A stretch of DNA of 64,000 bases from Chthoniobacteraceae bacterium (GTDB lineage Bacteria > Verrucomicrobiota > Verrucomicrobiia > Chthoniobacterales > Chthoniobacteraceae). This document shows positions 21,115 through 31,981 of the stretch, piece after piece. The stretch's first letter is position 1, and each line of letters starts with the position of its first letter. The position numbers and the translations under genes are program-made. The notes beneath the pieces were generated by a model that saw only the letters and a program-made list of their open reading frames with translations, ran no database searches and was not told the origin of the DNA. The DNA is taken from NCBI GenBank assembly GCA_031409655.1, contig JANNXQ010000102.1, positions 1-64,000 on the forward strand. Direction: 5' to 3'.

Positions 21115-21276
21115 AGCAGTCTGTTGAAAAACTGCCTTGGTGGATGGCGCACTCCGCTGCGCCATGCCTGGTTCTGCGCGACGGCGCCACTTTGGGGAAG
21201 TGCGCCTTTGGCGAGCGTTTTGCCATGGCGCGGCGGAGCGCGCCATCCACCGTGTCAGTTTTTCAACAGGCTGTTA
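21115..21276. mobile_element. MITE/REPIN-like palindromic element, copy A
   Basis: Terminal IR AGCAGTCTGTTGAAAAACTG / CAGTTTTTCAACAGGCTGTT (18/20); inner IR GGTGGATGGCGC...GCGCCATCCACC. Confidence 0.8.
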
Positions 21277-22650
21277 CGCAGCGGCCACGACCACGCCGGT
21301 GCCGTCCACGGCAACGACGCGGACGCGGGCTCCGGCTTCGATCAATTCGCCGCCGGTGATGACGTCGCAGCGCTGGCCTTCGAATTCGGCTTTGCCGCTC
21401 GGACGCAGCATCGTCTGCGCGACGCCGGTGGTGCCGAGGGCGAGGTGGCTCTTCACCGTGGGCACGCGGGAGACGGAGGCGGAGCCGCTGGCGGCGCCGA
21501 GGACGATGTGGCTGTAGAGGGCGGTCTTGGGGAGGAATTTGGCCAGGAGGTAGATCGCGAGAGTGCCGCCAAGGAAGGCGAGGCCGAGATTGATCAGGGG
21601 ACGGGTGACCATCTCATCCGTCGGCCACCAGGAGTCGCCGGGATAGCGGTCGATCATCGCCCAGATGAGGCCGCCGATCATCAGGAGCGCGCCGAGCAGG
21701 CCGGGGAGGATGGTGCCGGGATGGAGGAAGACCTCCCCAATCACGAGGAGCACGCCGAGGGCAAAGATGGCGACTACTTCCCAGCCCGCGAGCCCGGCGA
21801 GATAGTGCCCGAGGAAGAAAATGGCAAAGCAGCAGAGGGCGGCGAAACCGGGCAGACCGAAGCCGGGTGTCTTGAATTCCAGATAGGCGCCGACAATTCC
21901 GCCGAGCATGAAAAGCGGGGCGAGCGCGGTGATCCAGAGGGCGAGTTGCTCGAAGCCCGAGGGTTCGATCCGCCGCACGGCGCCGGGGAGACCGGCAGTC
22001 GTCAGCATTTCCTCGAGCGTCGCCACGGTGCCAGTCGAGAGCAGGGACTTGCCGTCGTAGAGGCGGGTGGCTTCGGCGGCGCTGAGGGTGAGCAGCGAGT
22101 CGCCTTTGTGGATCACGGTCTCGCCGATTTTCACTTCCTTCGCTTTGTTGATGAAGGCTTCGGCGACATCGGAGTTGTGCCCATTTTTCTGCGCGGAAGC
22201 GCGGGCTCTGGCGGAGAGCATGGAGATGGTTTTCTCGCCCATCGTTTTCGAGAGATCCTCGCCGCCCGCCATGACGGGTGCCGCCGCGCCGATGACGGCC
22301 GTTGGTGACATGAAAATCTTCTTAGTCGAAAGGGCGATCAGAGCACCTGCGGAGATGGCGCGGTCATTGATGTAGGTGAAGGTGGGGATCTTGGTCTTTT
22401 CGAGCGCCTCCATGTTGCGCGTCGCGGCATCGACGGCCCCACCGTTGGTCTGCATGTCGATGACGAAGGCGCTCGCTCCGCTGCGCTCGGCTTCCTTGAG
22501 GGCGCGGCGGAGGAGGAAAAATTGGGCGTTGGAAACTTCACTGCGCAGGGGGACAACGATCACGGGTCCGACATCGCTCGCGGGCGCGGCAGACACGACT
22601 CCGGCAATCAGCAACACGGAGAGAAAAGACAACCACAGACGGGATCTCAT
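21274..22650 (-). CDS. NfeD-family membrane-bound serine protease (ClpP class)
   Basis: DMQTNGG, AISAGALIAL, IGAAAP, TM block, LRPSGK...DVITGGE C-terminal OB domain. Confidence 0.9.
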   Translation of the reverse strand: MRSRLWLSFLSVLLIAGVVSAAPASDVGPVIVVPLRSEVSNAQFFLLRRALKEAERSGASAFVIDMQTNGGAVDAATRNMEALEKTKIPTFTYINDRAISAGALIALSTKKIFMSPTAVIGAAAPVMAGGEDLSKTMGEKTISMLSARARASAQKNGHNSDVAEAFINKAKEVKIGETVIHKGDSLLTLSAAEATRLYDGKSLLSTGTVATLEEMLTTAGLPGAVRRIEPSGFEQLALWITALAPLFMLGGIVGAYLEFKTPGFGLPGFAALCCFAIFFLGHYLAGLAGWEVVAIFALGVLLVIGEVFLHPGTILPGLLGALLMIGGLIWAMIDRYPGDSWWPTDEMVTRPLINLGLAFLGGTLAIYLLAKFLPKTALYSHIVLGAASGSASVSRVPTVKSHLALGTTGVAQTMLRPSGKAEFEGQRCDVITGGELIEAGARVRVVAVDGTGVVVAAA

Positions 22651-22767
22651 AAGCTCAGAACCTTCGGCGAGGGCGACACCTGCACAAGAGAAAAGCCCGC
22701 CCCGGATCGGGCGAGCGCAGCGGCATGTGGCGTGCTCTCTCATTCGCGCTCTAGCCCTCCGCCACGC

Positions 22768-24828
22768 ATGGCAGCGAACCCACTTTCCAACATCTGCCCC
22801 AGCCCACGCGACAATTCCGGTGGGAATCCGCGCGTCCTCGTCGTCGAAGACAGCAGCGCCGCGATCCAGGAATTCCGCGCGCACTTGGGGGCCGCCTTTG
22901 ATCTGACGGAGGCGCTGGAGTGCGGACTGGCGGTGAAGATCGCCCACGACGGCCTCCACTCCGGGCAGCCGTTTGCCCTCGCCTTTGTGGAAGTGCGCAC
23001 GGGTCTGGCTTGGGACGGCTTGGAGACGATCACCCGGCTTTGGAAGATCGACCCGACGCTCCAAGTCGTGATTTGCGCGAGCGCCGCGGATTACTCGTGG
23101 TCGCAGATCACCGCGAAGCTGGGGGTGAACGAGAACTTCCTGATCCTGCAAAAACCTTTTGCGCAGATGGAGGTGCTGCAACTCGCGCATACGCTGACGC
23201 GGAAATGGCAAACGGCGCGCGAGGCCGGGGAGCGGCTCGCGGTGCTGGATCGTCGGGCAGCCCGACGCGCGGCGGAACTCGAGACTTCCCACGCTCAACT
23301 GCTCACGTCCGAGGAGCGCTTCGCCCGCGCCTTCCGCTCGAGCCCCATCCCACAGGCCATCCAGACGATCATCGGCCAGCGCTTTGTGGAGGTGAACGAT
23401 GCCTTCCTCGCGCTCACCGGATATCCGCGTCGGGAGTTGGTCGGCAGCACGCCGCTCGAACTGCGGCTCTGTATTGATTACGAAACGCGCTTCCGCCAGC
23501 GGGCGCTCGGCGGAGAGCCGATCCGCGAAGTCGCGGGACAAATCAGCACTCATGATGGCCGCCTGCTCGACGCGCTGATCTCGCTCGAGCGGATCACCTT
23601 TTCCAATGAGCCGCACACCTTGCTGCTGGTGCAGGACATCTCGGAGCGGCTGCATCTCGAAAATCAACTCCGGCAGGCGCAGAAGATGGAAGCCATCGGC
23701 CAGCTCGCCGCCGGCGTGGCGCATGACTTTAACAACATGCTCACGATTATCCAGGGTCACGCGAGTCTCCAGCTCTCGTCTTCGGGACTGAGCAAGGACA
23801 CGACGGAATCGCTGGAGCAAATCACCCTCGCGGCCGACCGCGCGGCGAATCTGACGCGACAGCTCCTCGCCTTCAGCCGACGGCAAATCCTGCAACCGCG
23901 CGTGCTCGTGCTCAATGAACTCCTGCGGGACCTGACGACGATGTTGCGCCGACTGATCGGGGAGAACATCGAGCTGAAGTGCGCCTTCGCCGAGGGCCTG
24001 CCGCCGGTCTGGGCGGACAGCACCGGGCTCGAACAGGTGCTCATGAATCTCACCCTGAATGCGCGCGACGCGATGGCCCGCGGCGGGCGGATCACGATCA
24101 GCACCGAGACCGTCGCCGTGCGGGCCACGGAAGCAGCCTGCGCCGCCGGGAAACGAAGCGGCCAGCACGTCGTCCTCCGCGTCCGCGACACCGGCAGCGG
24201 GATGAATGCGGAAACGCGCGCGCATATTTTTGAGCCCTTCTTCACGACGAAGGATGTGAACAAAGGCACTGGGATGGGGCTGGCCACGGTCTATGGCATC
24301 GTCTCGCAGCATGAGGGCTGGATCGATGTGGACACAGCCCCCGGCGTGGGCTCGACGTTCTCCGTCTTCCTGCCCGTCACGGATCGCGTGGCCGAGCAAG
24401 TTGTGCCCGAGCCGTTCGACTGCGAGTTCACCAATTCCCAACACACCGTCCTCGTCGTCGAAGATGATCGGGCGGTGCGCTCGATGGTCCGCGATGTCCT
24501 CGCCGACCAAGGCTACAGCGTGCTGGAGGCCGAAGACGCGCGGGATGCGCTGGAAGTCTCGCGGGCGCACCGCGACGAGATCGAACTCCTGCTGACCGAT
24601 GTGGTGATGCCGGGCGAGATGGATGGCCTGGAACTGGCCCGCACTCTTTCCGCAGAAAACCCGACGCTGAAGATCGTCTATACGACTGGCTATAGTGCCG
24701 AGCTTTTCACCGGGGAGATGCAGATCGAGGAAGGGGTGAACTACCTGCCGAAACCGTATCCGGCGATGAAGCTGCTCTCGATCGTCCGCCGGGCCTTTGA
24801 CCCCGCGGAAGATCTCGTGGAGCGCTAG
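22768..24828 (+). CDS. Hybrid histidine kinase REC-PAS-HisKA-HATPase-REC
   Basis: GVAHDFNNML, NARDAM, FEPFFTTK, GTGMGL, LLTDVVMP. Confidence 0.93.
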   Translation: MAANPLSNICPSPRDNSGGNPRVLVVEDSSAAIQEFRAHLGAAFDLTEALECGLAVKIAHDGLHSGQPFALAFVEVRTGLAWDGLETITRLWKIDPTLQVVICASAADYSWSQITAKLGVNENFLILQKPFAQMEVLQLAHTLTRKWQTAREAGERLAVLDRRAARRAAELETSHAQLLTSEERFARAFRSSPIPQAIQTIIGQRFVEVNDAFLALTGYPRRELVGSTPLELRLCIDYETRFRQRALGGEPIREVAGQISTHDGRLLDALISLERITFSNEPHTLLLVQDISERLHLENQLRQAQKMEAIGQLAAGVAHDFNNMLTIIQGHASLQLSSSGLSKDTTESLEQITLAADRAANLTRQLLAFSRRQILQPRVLVLNELLRDLTTMLRRLIGENIELKCAFAEGLPPVWADSTGLEQVLMNLTLNARDAMARGGRITISTETVAVRATEAACAAGKRSGQHVVLRVRDTGSGMNAETRAHIFEPFFTTKDVNKGTGMGLATVYGIVSQHEGWIDVDTAPGVGSTFSVFLPVTDRVAEQVVPEPFDCEFTNSQHTVLVVEDDRAVRSMVRDVLADQGYSVLEAEDARDALEVSRAHRDEIELLLTDVVMPGEMDGLELARTLSAENPTLKIVYTTGYSAELFTGEMQIEEGVNYLPKPYPAMKLLSIVRRAFDPAEDLVER

Positions 24829-24993
24829 CAGCCTTTTGAAATCCCCGGCGCTCGGTGGATGGCGCGCTCCGCCGCGCGATGCCAAACGCACGCTGCGGGC
24901 CCATCTTCTGAGCGTGGCGCTGCGCGCGGAGGTTCTCATGGCGCGACGGAGCGCGCCATCCACCGAGCGCTGGGAGGTTTTTCAAAAGCCTGC
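24826..24993. mobile_element. MITE/REPIN-like palindromic element, copy B
   Basis: GCAGCCTTTTGAAA / TTTCAAAAGCCTGC ends; the same GGTGGATGGCGCGCTCCG inner IR as copy A. Confidence 0.8.
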
Positions 24994-24995
24994 CG

Positions 24996-26444
24996 CTACC
25001 GCGCCTTTCCACCTGGAGCCGGGCTGAGCCGGACCCTGGCGAGATAGGCGCTCAGCGTCTCCAGATTCTGCGCGAAGACGGCACTGGCGAGGTACTTTTC
25101 GCCGACGGCAAACTTCGGCTGACCGACGATCATCGCGCCGTCGAAGGCACTGAGCCAGCGACCTTCCGCGTCCAAGTCGCGCACGAGCTGGCGGACTTCC
25201 GCGTCGGAAACGGGCGGCGGAACGGCGACCGGCTTTCGCGCCTTGGCCGCGGCGAGTGCGGTCGCGAGCTTTTCGATCCCGGCCTCGGTCTTCCAGCCGT
25301 AGTGTGCCGGGACGTGCGAGTCGTCGTTGGTGAGCTGATAGTCCTCGGTCATGTAGAGGGGCACATTTGTCCGCAGCTCATAGTAGCGAGCGAGGCGGCC
25401 GTCCGGCAGGAGGGAGCGGCGGAGCCAGGCGAGAGCGGGCGGAAATGGGGCGAGGTATTTCGCGTCGCCGGTGAGCGCGTGGACGCGGAGCAATGTTTCG
25501 AGGGCGTCCTGCGTCTCGCGCCCGGCGATGGCTGGCGGCTCAAATTTCCGCGCCCAAATCGGCCGCATCCTGGTGTCGTATTGCTGAGCCCAGGCGGGTT
25601 GCGGCTCGGGCATTTGAGCGAGGAGGAGAAAGTCGCCGAGCTTCACGAGCGCGGTGCGGCACTTCTGATCCCGATAGATTTCCGCCGCGTCCAAAAGCGT
25701 GCGCGCCACATTTCCCGCGAGGCCGTCGTTCAGCGTCGGCAGGTCCCAGTATTCCTTGAGGCGATTCTCGGTGCGCCAGTCGTAGTCGGGATAGCTGGCC
25801 GGCACCGGCGGGTGCGCGCGCACCGGCCCGGTCCAGACTTGCGGGAAGCCGCCGGATGGAAACTGCGCGGCGAGCAGCGCCGCGCGCGCGACTTCCACCG
25901 CGTCGTGAATTTCACGGTGCTGAAAGCCCAGCGCCCGATCCGCGTGCATCAGGAAACGCAGGGCCTGCTGGGTGATGCCGTCGTCGAGCGTGGAGTTATT
26001 GCGGTCGCCCCTGCCCTTTCCATTGCGGTAGCGCTGCACGCGCGGACCTTGCGGGTCGAAGTCGATGGACGCCGTCCAACCGCCCGAGGCGAGTTGTCCG
26101 TGGACCAGGGCCTCGGCGGCTTCGCGGGCGGCGTCGAGGTAAAAGGCGTCGCCCGTCGCGGCATGGGCCCGCAGATAAGCGAGTCCGACAGCTGGCGTTC
26201 CCGGCGCTTGCACCCAGATCTCCTGAGGCCCGGCCTTGCCCTCGCCGAAGCGGCGCGCGAGATCGGGCGAGTAGTAATAGACGTAGCCGCCCCGCACTGC
26301 GGCCTTGCTGCGGTAAAAAGTCGCTGCCTGGCGCAGGGCCGCCTGGGCTTGATCCGGGAGCGGTACTTCCGCCGACACCACGAGCACGCTCGAGGTGGCG
26401 GAAACAGTGAGCGCGAGCACGCGCAAAAATCGCGAGGGGTTCAT
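24996..26444 (-). CDS. Pectate-lyase-like protein (PL10/PelA type)
   Basis: [29 protein letters not shown]...WARKFEPPA. Confidence 0.8.
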   Translation of the reverse strand: MNPSRFLRVLALTVSATSSVLVVSAEVPLPDQAQAALRQAATFYRSKAAVRGGYVYYYSPDLARRFGEGKAGPQEIWVQAPGTPAVGLAYLRAHAATGDAFYLDAAREAAEALVHGQLASGGWTASIDFDPQGPRVQRYRNGKGRGDRNNSTLDDGITQQALRFLMHADRALGFQHREIHDAVEVARAALLAAQFPSGGFPQVWTGPVRAHPPVPASYPDYDWRTENRLKEYWDLPTLNDGLAGNVARTLLDAAEIYRDQKCRTALVKLGDFLLLAQMPEPQPAWAQQYDTRMRPIWARKFEPPAIAGRETQDALETLLRVHALTGDAKYLAPFPPALAWLRRSLLPDGRLARYYELRTNVPLYMTEDYQLTNDDSHVPAHYGWKTEAGIEKLATALAAAKARKPVAVPPPVSDAEVRQLVRDLDAEGRWLSAFDGAMIVGQPKFAVGEKYLASAVFAQNLETLSAYLARVRLSPAPGGKAR

Positions 26445-26498
26445 GCCCTGAGTGTTTCGTCGGCGCCGAGTCGCGGCAAGCCCGCGCTGCCGCGGCGC

Positions 26499-27755
26499 TC
26501 AGTGAGGGAGCGGCTTGCGCAGTGCAGACACGTTACCCAGCCACGTCGAAGCGAGGCAGCCAATGCCGCCGAGCGTGAAAACACTGTCCGCCGCTTCCTT
26601 CGAAACGAATGGGAGCGCGGACAGCAACGCGCCGAGGAGCGTGACGACGGCAATGGAACCGAAGAGCCAGGCCCCCACTCGCGAGCCATTCGTGAAAGTG
26701 AGCGCCAGCGGGAAACTGGCGGCGATGAGCCCGAGACCGAGCGCGCCGAGGGCGCCCGAGTTCACGAAGAAGCTCGCGCCGAAAAGGGCCACGCCGACGA
26801 TGATGCCGCCGCCCACCGCCGCCGCTTCCATTTTCTCCCGCCGGCGCAGCGCATGGCGGGCGAAGCGGTCGAAGAGGAGCAGGAGATTTCCGACTGGTTT
26901 GGCGACCCAGACCCAAAGCACGAAGAGGAAATAGAGGACGATGATGGCGAGCCCGAGGCCGCCCTTGAGATATTTGGCAAACTGCGCTGCGGCGTAGAGG
27001 CCGATGATCAGCGCCCAGCGCGAGCCGGAGCTGAGGCGCTGCATGAAAAAGCAGTACTGGAGGTAACCGCGGTAAAACGGCGAGCGAGCACGGAAGCTGG
27101 TGAGCAGCCCTTCGCGCGCCGATTCCATGTCGGGATCGAGACGCAGGGCCTCGCGGAAATGCGGCTCGGCATCGCGGTACTTGTTGCTCTGGAGAGCGGA
27201 CCAACCGGCATTCGCGTGCGTGAAAGCGTCTTCGGGATCGCGGGCGAGCATCGCGGCGAGATGCCCGGCGTTCTCGTCCATTTTGTTCTGCAAGCGCAAC
27301 GCCTGGGCAAGTTGATTGGCGGCGGCGCCATTGTCGGCGTCCAGGGCCAGGGCTGCGCGGGCGGAGCGTTCGGCATCCGGCCAGCGGGATGATTGCAGAT
27401 GCGCCTGCGCTTCGGCGGAAAATGCGGCGCTGCAATGCGGGTCGAGATTCAGCGCGGACTGCGCGGAGGCGAAAGCTTCCCTCGGACGATCGAGCGCGCT
27501 GAGGATGAAACTTTGGAGCACATGGTGATCGGCCTCATTGGGCTCGATGGCGATGGCCTGCCGGATGGTCGGCAGGGCATCCCGGCGGCGCTCGGGGATC
27601 TGAAACTGGCAGCCTGCGAGATGGTGGAGCGCGAAGGCATCATCCGGATCGGCGGCGAGCGCTTCCTCAAAGGCCTTCAGCGCATCGGCATAGCGGCCCA
27701 ATTCCTTGAGCTGCAAGGCGCGGAGAAGCTGTGGCGTCGGCCCGAGCCCGCTCAC
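26499..27755 (-). CDS. TPR protein with C-terminal multi-pass membrane domain
   Basis: Repeated AL..DP TPR units followed by several hydrophobic segments. Confidence 0.85.
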   Translation of the reverse strand: MSGLGPTPQLLRALQLKELGRYADALKAFEEALAADPDDAFALHHLAGCQFQIPERRRDALPTIRQAIAIEPNEADHHVLQSFILSALDRPREAFASAQSALNLDPHCSAAFSAEAQAHLQSSRWPDAERSARAALALDADNGAAANQLAQALRLQNKMDENAGHLAAMLARDPEDAFTHANAGWSALQSNKYRDAEPHFREALRLDPDMESAREGLLTSFRARSPFYRGYLQYCFFMQRLSSGSRWALIIGLYAAAQFAKYLKGGLGLAIIVLYFLFVLWVWVAKPVGNLLLLFDRFARHALRRREKMEAAAVGGGIIVGVALFGASFFVNSGALGALGLGLIAASFPLALTFTNGSRVGAWLFGSIAVVTLLGALLSALPFVSKEAADSVFTLGGIGCLASTWLGNVSALRKPLPH

Positions 27756-29116
27756 TTCTTGATTCCCATGAAGGTGAGCACGTCGTCGTAAAAGCCGCTC
27801 TGATTCGAGTAGATCGCGTAGTTTTTCGCGCTCTCAAACCACGCGCGGCTCGAAGGCTTCACGTCCTTCGCGGCTTTCAGCAGATCATCGGTGCCCAGCG
27901 GGATGACGCGCCCTTCCTGCATCGCGCGAGCCAGCGAACGCTCGATGGCGATGTCGAAGACGGCCTTCAAATCCGCGCCGGAGAAATCCTTGGTGCGCTT
28001 GGCGATGCCGGCGATGTCGAGGTCGTGGACGGGTTTGTTGCGTGCCATCACTTCGAGGATCGAGCGGCGCGCGGGCTCGTCGGGCGGCGGGACGAAAAGG
28101 ATGCGATCGAAACGGCCCGGACGGCGAAAGGCAGGATCGAGATGCCACGGGGCGTTTGTCGCGCCGAGGATGAGCAGGCCGTCATTGTTGCCGACGTTGC
28201 CGTCCATCTCGGCCAGGAATTGATTGATGAGCGTGCGCCCGGCGCTGCGCTTGAGATCGTTGCGGTCGGCGGCGAGGGCGTCCACTTCGTCGAAGAAAAG
28301 CACCGCGGGCGCGTGGCTGCGGGCGAGTTCGAAGATCGCGTGGAGATTTTTCTCCGAATTGCCGAGATAGAGGTCGAGGATCTGGTGGATGCCGATGGAG
28401 AGGAAATTGGCCTTGATCTCGCCAGCGGTGGCCCGGCTGAGCAGGGTCTTGCCGCAACCGGGCGGGCCGTAGAGCAGCACGCCGCCGCCGATCTTTTTGC
28501 CGTAGGCTTGGAAGAGCTGCGGGTTCTTCAGCGGGTGGATGATCTTCATCCGGATCTCGTCCTTGACCGCGTCCATCCCGCCGACTTCAGCGAAGGCCAG
28601 AATCGGGCGCTCAATCTCGGTCGCCCCGCCGGGCGGGTTTTCCGCGGTTTCGGATTCCGGCACCCAACCCGGACCGGATGCGGTTACTTTCTCCGGCTCG
28701 GCCTGGGAAGTCTCAGAAGCCACCGGCGCGCCGAGGCCTTTTTCCAAAGCCGGATCGCGGAGGGTCGGATCAAGCTCCAAGGCTCGCGCGTAGCTGGCCT
28801 CGGCGGCCGCACGCGCACCTTCGCCGGCGTGGAGGCGAGCGAGGAGCAGGTGCGCCGGAGCGTGCGCGGGATGCTGGGCGATGGCGGACTCCACGCGGAC
28901 AAAGGCTTCGCTGGTGCGCCCGGTGAGGAGGAGGACGTGGGCGATGCCGACCTTGGGCTCCGGCCGCAAGGGCTCGGTGGCGAGCACGCGCTCGAAGACT
29001 CCGCGCGCTTCATCGAGCGACCATTCGTCGAGGCAGGCCTGCGCGAGCAGGAGCAGCAGCGGGACATTCGCCGGGGAGACGGCGACGGCCTGGCGGAGGG
29101 GATCGAGCTTGGACAT
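27752..29116 (-). CDS. TPR-containing classical AAA ATPase
   Basis: GPPGCGKT, FFDEVD, ATNAPW..DPAFRRPGRFD. Confidence 0.92.
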   Translation of the reverse strand: MSKLDPLRQAVAVSPANVPLLLLLAQACLDEWSLDEARGVFERVLATEPLRPEPKVGIAHVLLLTGRTSEAFVRVESAIAQHPAHAPAHLLLARLHAGEGARAAAEASYARALELDPTLRDPALEKGLGAPVASETSQAEPEKVTASGPGWVPESETAENPPGGATEIERPILAFAEVGGMDAVKDEIRMKIIHPLKNPQLFQAYGKKIGGGVLLYGPPGCGKTLLSRATAGEIKANFLSIGIHQILDLYLGNSEKNLHAIFELARSHAPAVLFFDEVDALAADRNDLKRSAGRTLINQFLAEMDGNVGNNDGLLILGATNAPWHLDPAFRRPGRFDRILFVPPPDEPARRSILEVMARNKPVHDLDIAGIAKRTKDFSGADLKAVFDIAIERSLARAMQEGRVIPLGTDDLLKAAKDVKPSSRAWFESAKNYAIYSNQSGFYDDVLTFMGIKK

Positions 29117-29232
29117 GGCAGGAGAGTGGGAAGTGCGGAGGAAAGTGGAAGAGGAAAGTGCGGCCGTGGCGGTGGCCGGAATCCTCCCCTCATTTGACCG
29201 CGTTCCGTGGCACACGCATTGCTAATTTTCGG

Positions 29233-29646
29233 ATGTCGGATTCCAAAAAAACCACCCAAATGAACTTCCTCGTTGTTGATGATAATCGGCTTCTCAATCG
29301 CTTCCTCACCACCTACCTGCGCGGCAAAGGCCACTCCGCCCACTCGCTCACGGACAGCTCGAAAGTCGAGCCCTGGCTGGAGCTGAACCCCTGCGACGGT
29401 CTGATCCTCGATATCGGCATGCCGAAGATCGACGGACTCACCCTGATCACCCTGCTCCGCACCAAGCACACCAATCTTCCAATCGTGATGTTCACTGGGC
29501 TCGGCTATGATGAGGACGCGATGCAAGCCGCGCGCAAGGCCGGCGCCAATGGCTACGTGAGCAAGGGCCTCGGACCTTCCGAGATCTACTCCGCGCTGAT
29601 GCGGGTGATCCAGCCGCAGCAGGCTCAGCAGCACGCCGCAGCCTGA
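29233..29646 (+). CDS. Single-domain response regulator
   Basis: LVVDD, LDIGMPKIDG, FTG, GYVSK. Confidence 0.92.
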   Translation: MSDSKKTTQMNFLVVDDNRLLNRFLTTYLRGKGHSAHSLTDSSKVEPWLELNPCDGLILDIGMPKIDGLTLITLLRTKHTNLPIVMFTGLGYDEDAMQAARKAGANGYVSKGLGPSEIYSALMRVIQPQQAQQHAAA

Positions 29647-29668
29647 TCGAGAACGCGTCCGGCGCGTC

Positions 29669-30334
29669 TCAGCTCTCCTCGGAACTCAACTCCGAGACCC
29701 GCGCCTTCAAAAGCCGGGCTTCCCACTGCCCGCTGGCATTTGGGCGATGGAGATAGCCGTAGTTCAGCACGGAACCGACCCGCGCAAAAAGCAGGCGCGA
29801 CATTTTCCCGTATGGTCCCATGCCCATGACGCTGAGGGGCAGCGGTGGGCGCGTGGCGAAAAGCGCGAGCAGACGACCGAGGTCCGCGGCCGTGTGAACG
29901 TGCGCCGCCAGCTTGCAGACATCGGCCCCGGCGCGGTGCGCGAGACGGATGCGCTGCTGAAGATAGGCGGCGCTCGGCGTGCGGCGGAAGTCGTGGGAGG
30001 AAAGGATGACCTTCACTCCCGCAGCGCGCGCGGTCGCGAGCAGCGCGCCGAACTTTGGGACCGAGCGCAGCTCCACGTCGAGGTAGGCAGCGTGCGGGAG
30101 AAACTGCAGGTAGAGCGCGCGCCGACGCGCAAAGCCGAGGTCGTGGGCACCGCCTTCCGCCGGATGGCGCACGGTGACGACGCTGGGCACCTTCAGGCGC
30201 GGGGCGGCGCGGAGCAGCGGCGCGAGGCCGTCGGCGAAGGCGTCAATGCGGAGTTCGACGAGATCGAGTTCGCCGGGGCGGAGTCGGAGCGCGGCGGCCA
30301 GCGAACCTGAAGAGTGAATGGTCCCGACGATCAT
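29669..30334 (-). CDS. aroD: Type I 3-dehydroquinate dehydratase
   Basis: VELRID, TVRHPAEGG, SSHDFRRTP, CKLA, MGMG..GKMSR, ASGQ. Confidence 0.9.
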   Translation of the reverse strand: MIVGTIHSSGSLAAALRLRPGELDLVELRIDAFADGLAPLLRAAPRLKVPSVVTVRHPAEGGAHDLGFARRRALYLQFLPHAAYLDVELRSVPKFGALLATARAAGVKVILSSHDFRRTPSAAYLQQRIRLAHRAGADVCKLAAHVHTAADLGRLLALFATRPPLPLSVMGMGPYGKMSRLLFARVGSVLNYGYLHRPNASGQWEARLLKARVSELSSEES

Positions 30335-30535
30335 CGTTTTATCAGTAAAAGTCTCGAATTGTGCCGTTCGGCCATACTCATATGCCAGCGCACTCCGCAC
30401 CGATGCTCAACCCTCTGCTCGATGACAATCTCGAAATCCCGCGATCAGGCTCTCTAAATCGTCCCTCATCACCGCGTGCCCGGAGGCTTCAGGCCTGCTA
30501 GTGTCTGAAGAATGGGCGCCCAGCCGCGAGCACCA

Positions 30536-31927
30536 ATGATCGGTCGCAAACAAGAACTCAGCCTGCAACTCCTCCAGATTGCCGACGGGATCCTGCTCGC
30601 CGTGGCCTTCTGGCTTGCCCACACCCTGCGCTTTCTCGGCGCCAATTGGTTCGTCTTTCAAAAGCCCATCGGCCCCTTCGCCGACTTCCAGTGGCTGCTC
30701 TTCATCATCCTCCCGTTTGGCCCGATCTTCCTCGATCAGCAGGGCTTCTACGCGCACCCGATGCACAAGAATGTGCGCAAGACCTTCGAGCAACTCGGGC
30801 ACGCCGCCTTCTGGCTCGGCCTCGTCATCGCGACCACCTCGTATTTTCTCAAACTCGACGTGCCCAGCCGCGCGGTCATGCCGCTCTTTGCCGTCATCGG
30901 CGGCGCCTTCCTCATCGCGCGGGAAAGGTTCACCATCGCGCGCTTCCGGGCGCTGGCGAAACGCGAAGACCTGCGCGAACGCGTGCTCATGGTCGGCACC
31001 CCAGCGGACTTGCAGACGCTCCGCCAGAGCATCCCGGCCGAGCAGCTCATGGAATTGGTCGTGGTGGAGGATTTCGATATCGAGACGAAGGACGTCGGCG
31101 AACTCGTCGAAGCCCTCCACAAACACAGCGTCTCGCGGGTCATCTTCGCCGGAGGTCACAGCCATCTGGATCGGCTCCAGGAAGCCATCGGCGCGTGCGA
31201 GATCGAAGGCGTCGAGGCCTGGCTGATCGCGGACTTCATCCGGACCTCGATCGCCCGCCCGGACTTCGATGTCTTCGGGACGCGTCCCGTGCTGGTCTTC
31301 CGGACGACCCCAGAACTCTCCGTCGCCCTCGCCGTGAAGAGCCTCATCGACCGCACCGGCGCGCTCATCCTCCTGGTGCTCGCCTCCTGGATCATGGTCC
31401 TCACGGCCATCGCCATCCGCCTTTCCTCACCGGGACCGATCGTCTTCCGCCAAAAGCGCGCTGGAAAAAATGGCCATCCCTTCACGATGTACAAGTTCCG
31501 CTCCATGCAGACGAATGCCGAGATGCTGCACAGCGAACTCGCGGCGTACAATCAGATGAGCGGCCCGGTCTTCAAGATCGACAAGGACCCCAGGGTCACC
31601 CCGATCGGCCGCCTCATCCGCAAGACCAGCATCGACGAACTGCCCCAACTCCTGAACGTCCTGCGCGGCGATATGAGCCTCGTCGGACCTCGTCCGCTGC
31701 CCATTTACGAGGTGGAGAAATTTGAGAGTCCGGCCCAGCGGCGGCGGCTTTCGATGAAGCCCGGCCTCACCTGTCTCTGGCAGGTCAGCGGTCGGAACGA
31801 CGTGAAGAACTTCGACCAGTGGGTGAAGCTCGACCTCAACTACATCGACAACTGGTCGCTCCTGCTCGACCTCAAGATCCTCTTCAAGACCGTGCCCGTC
31901 GTGCTCTTTGGCTGGGGCGCAAAGTGA
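30536..31927 (+). CDS. Polyprenyl glycosylphosphotransferase (WcaJ/WbaP family)
   Basis: [41 protein letters not shown]. Confidence 0.95.
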   Translation: MIGRKQELSLQLLQIADGILLAVAFWLAHTLRFLGANWFVFQKPIGPFADFQWLLFIILPFGPIFLDQQGFYAHPMHKNVRKTFEQLGHAAFWLGLVIATTSYFLKLDVPSRAVMPLFAVIGGAFLIARERFTIARFRALAKREDLRERVLMVGTPADLQTLRQSIPAEQLMELVVVEDFDIETKDVGELVEALHKHSVSRVIFAGGHSHLDRLQEAIGACEIEGVEAWLIADFIRTSIARPDFDVFGTRPVLVFRTTPELSVALAVKSLIDRTGALILLVLASWIMVLTAIAIRLSSPGPIVFRQKRAGKNGHPFTMYKFRSMQTNAEMLHSELAAYNQMSGPVFKIDKDPRVTPIGRLIRKTSIDELPQLLNVLRGDMSLVGPRPLPIYEVEKFESPAQRRRLSMKPGLTCLWQVSGRNDVKNFDQWVKLDLNYIDNWSLLLDLKILFKTVPVVLFGWGAK

Positions 31928-31981
31928 AGGTGCGCGGGCATTGATCCCGCTCCCTGCTTCCGCCAAGCTCCCGCACCCTGC

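Noticed and set aside
22651..24963. 1229-aa minus-strand ORF apparently extending NfeD
   Set aside because: The upstream approx. 770 aa is the antisense shadow of the histidine kinase; NfeD has its own signal peptide from 22650
25302..27392. Long antisense ORFs (also 6535-8310, 16348-18060, 41524-43359, 55822-57843, 60246-61814)
   Set aside because: They lie opposite well-supported genes, lack motifs and are expected in high-GC DNA
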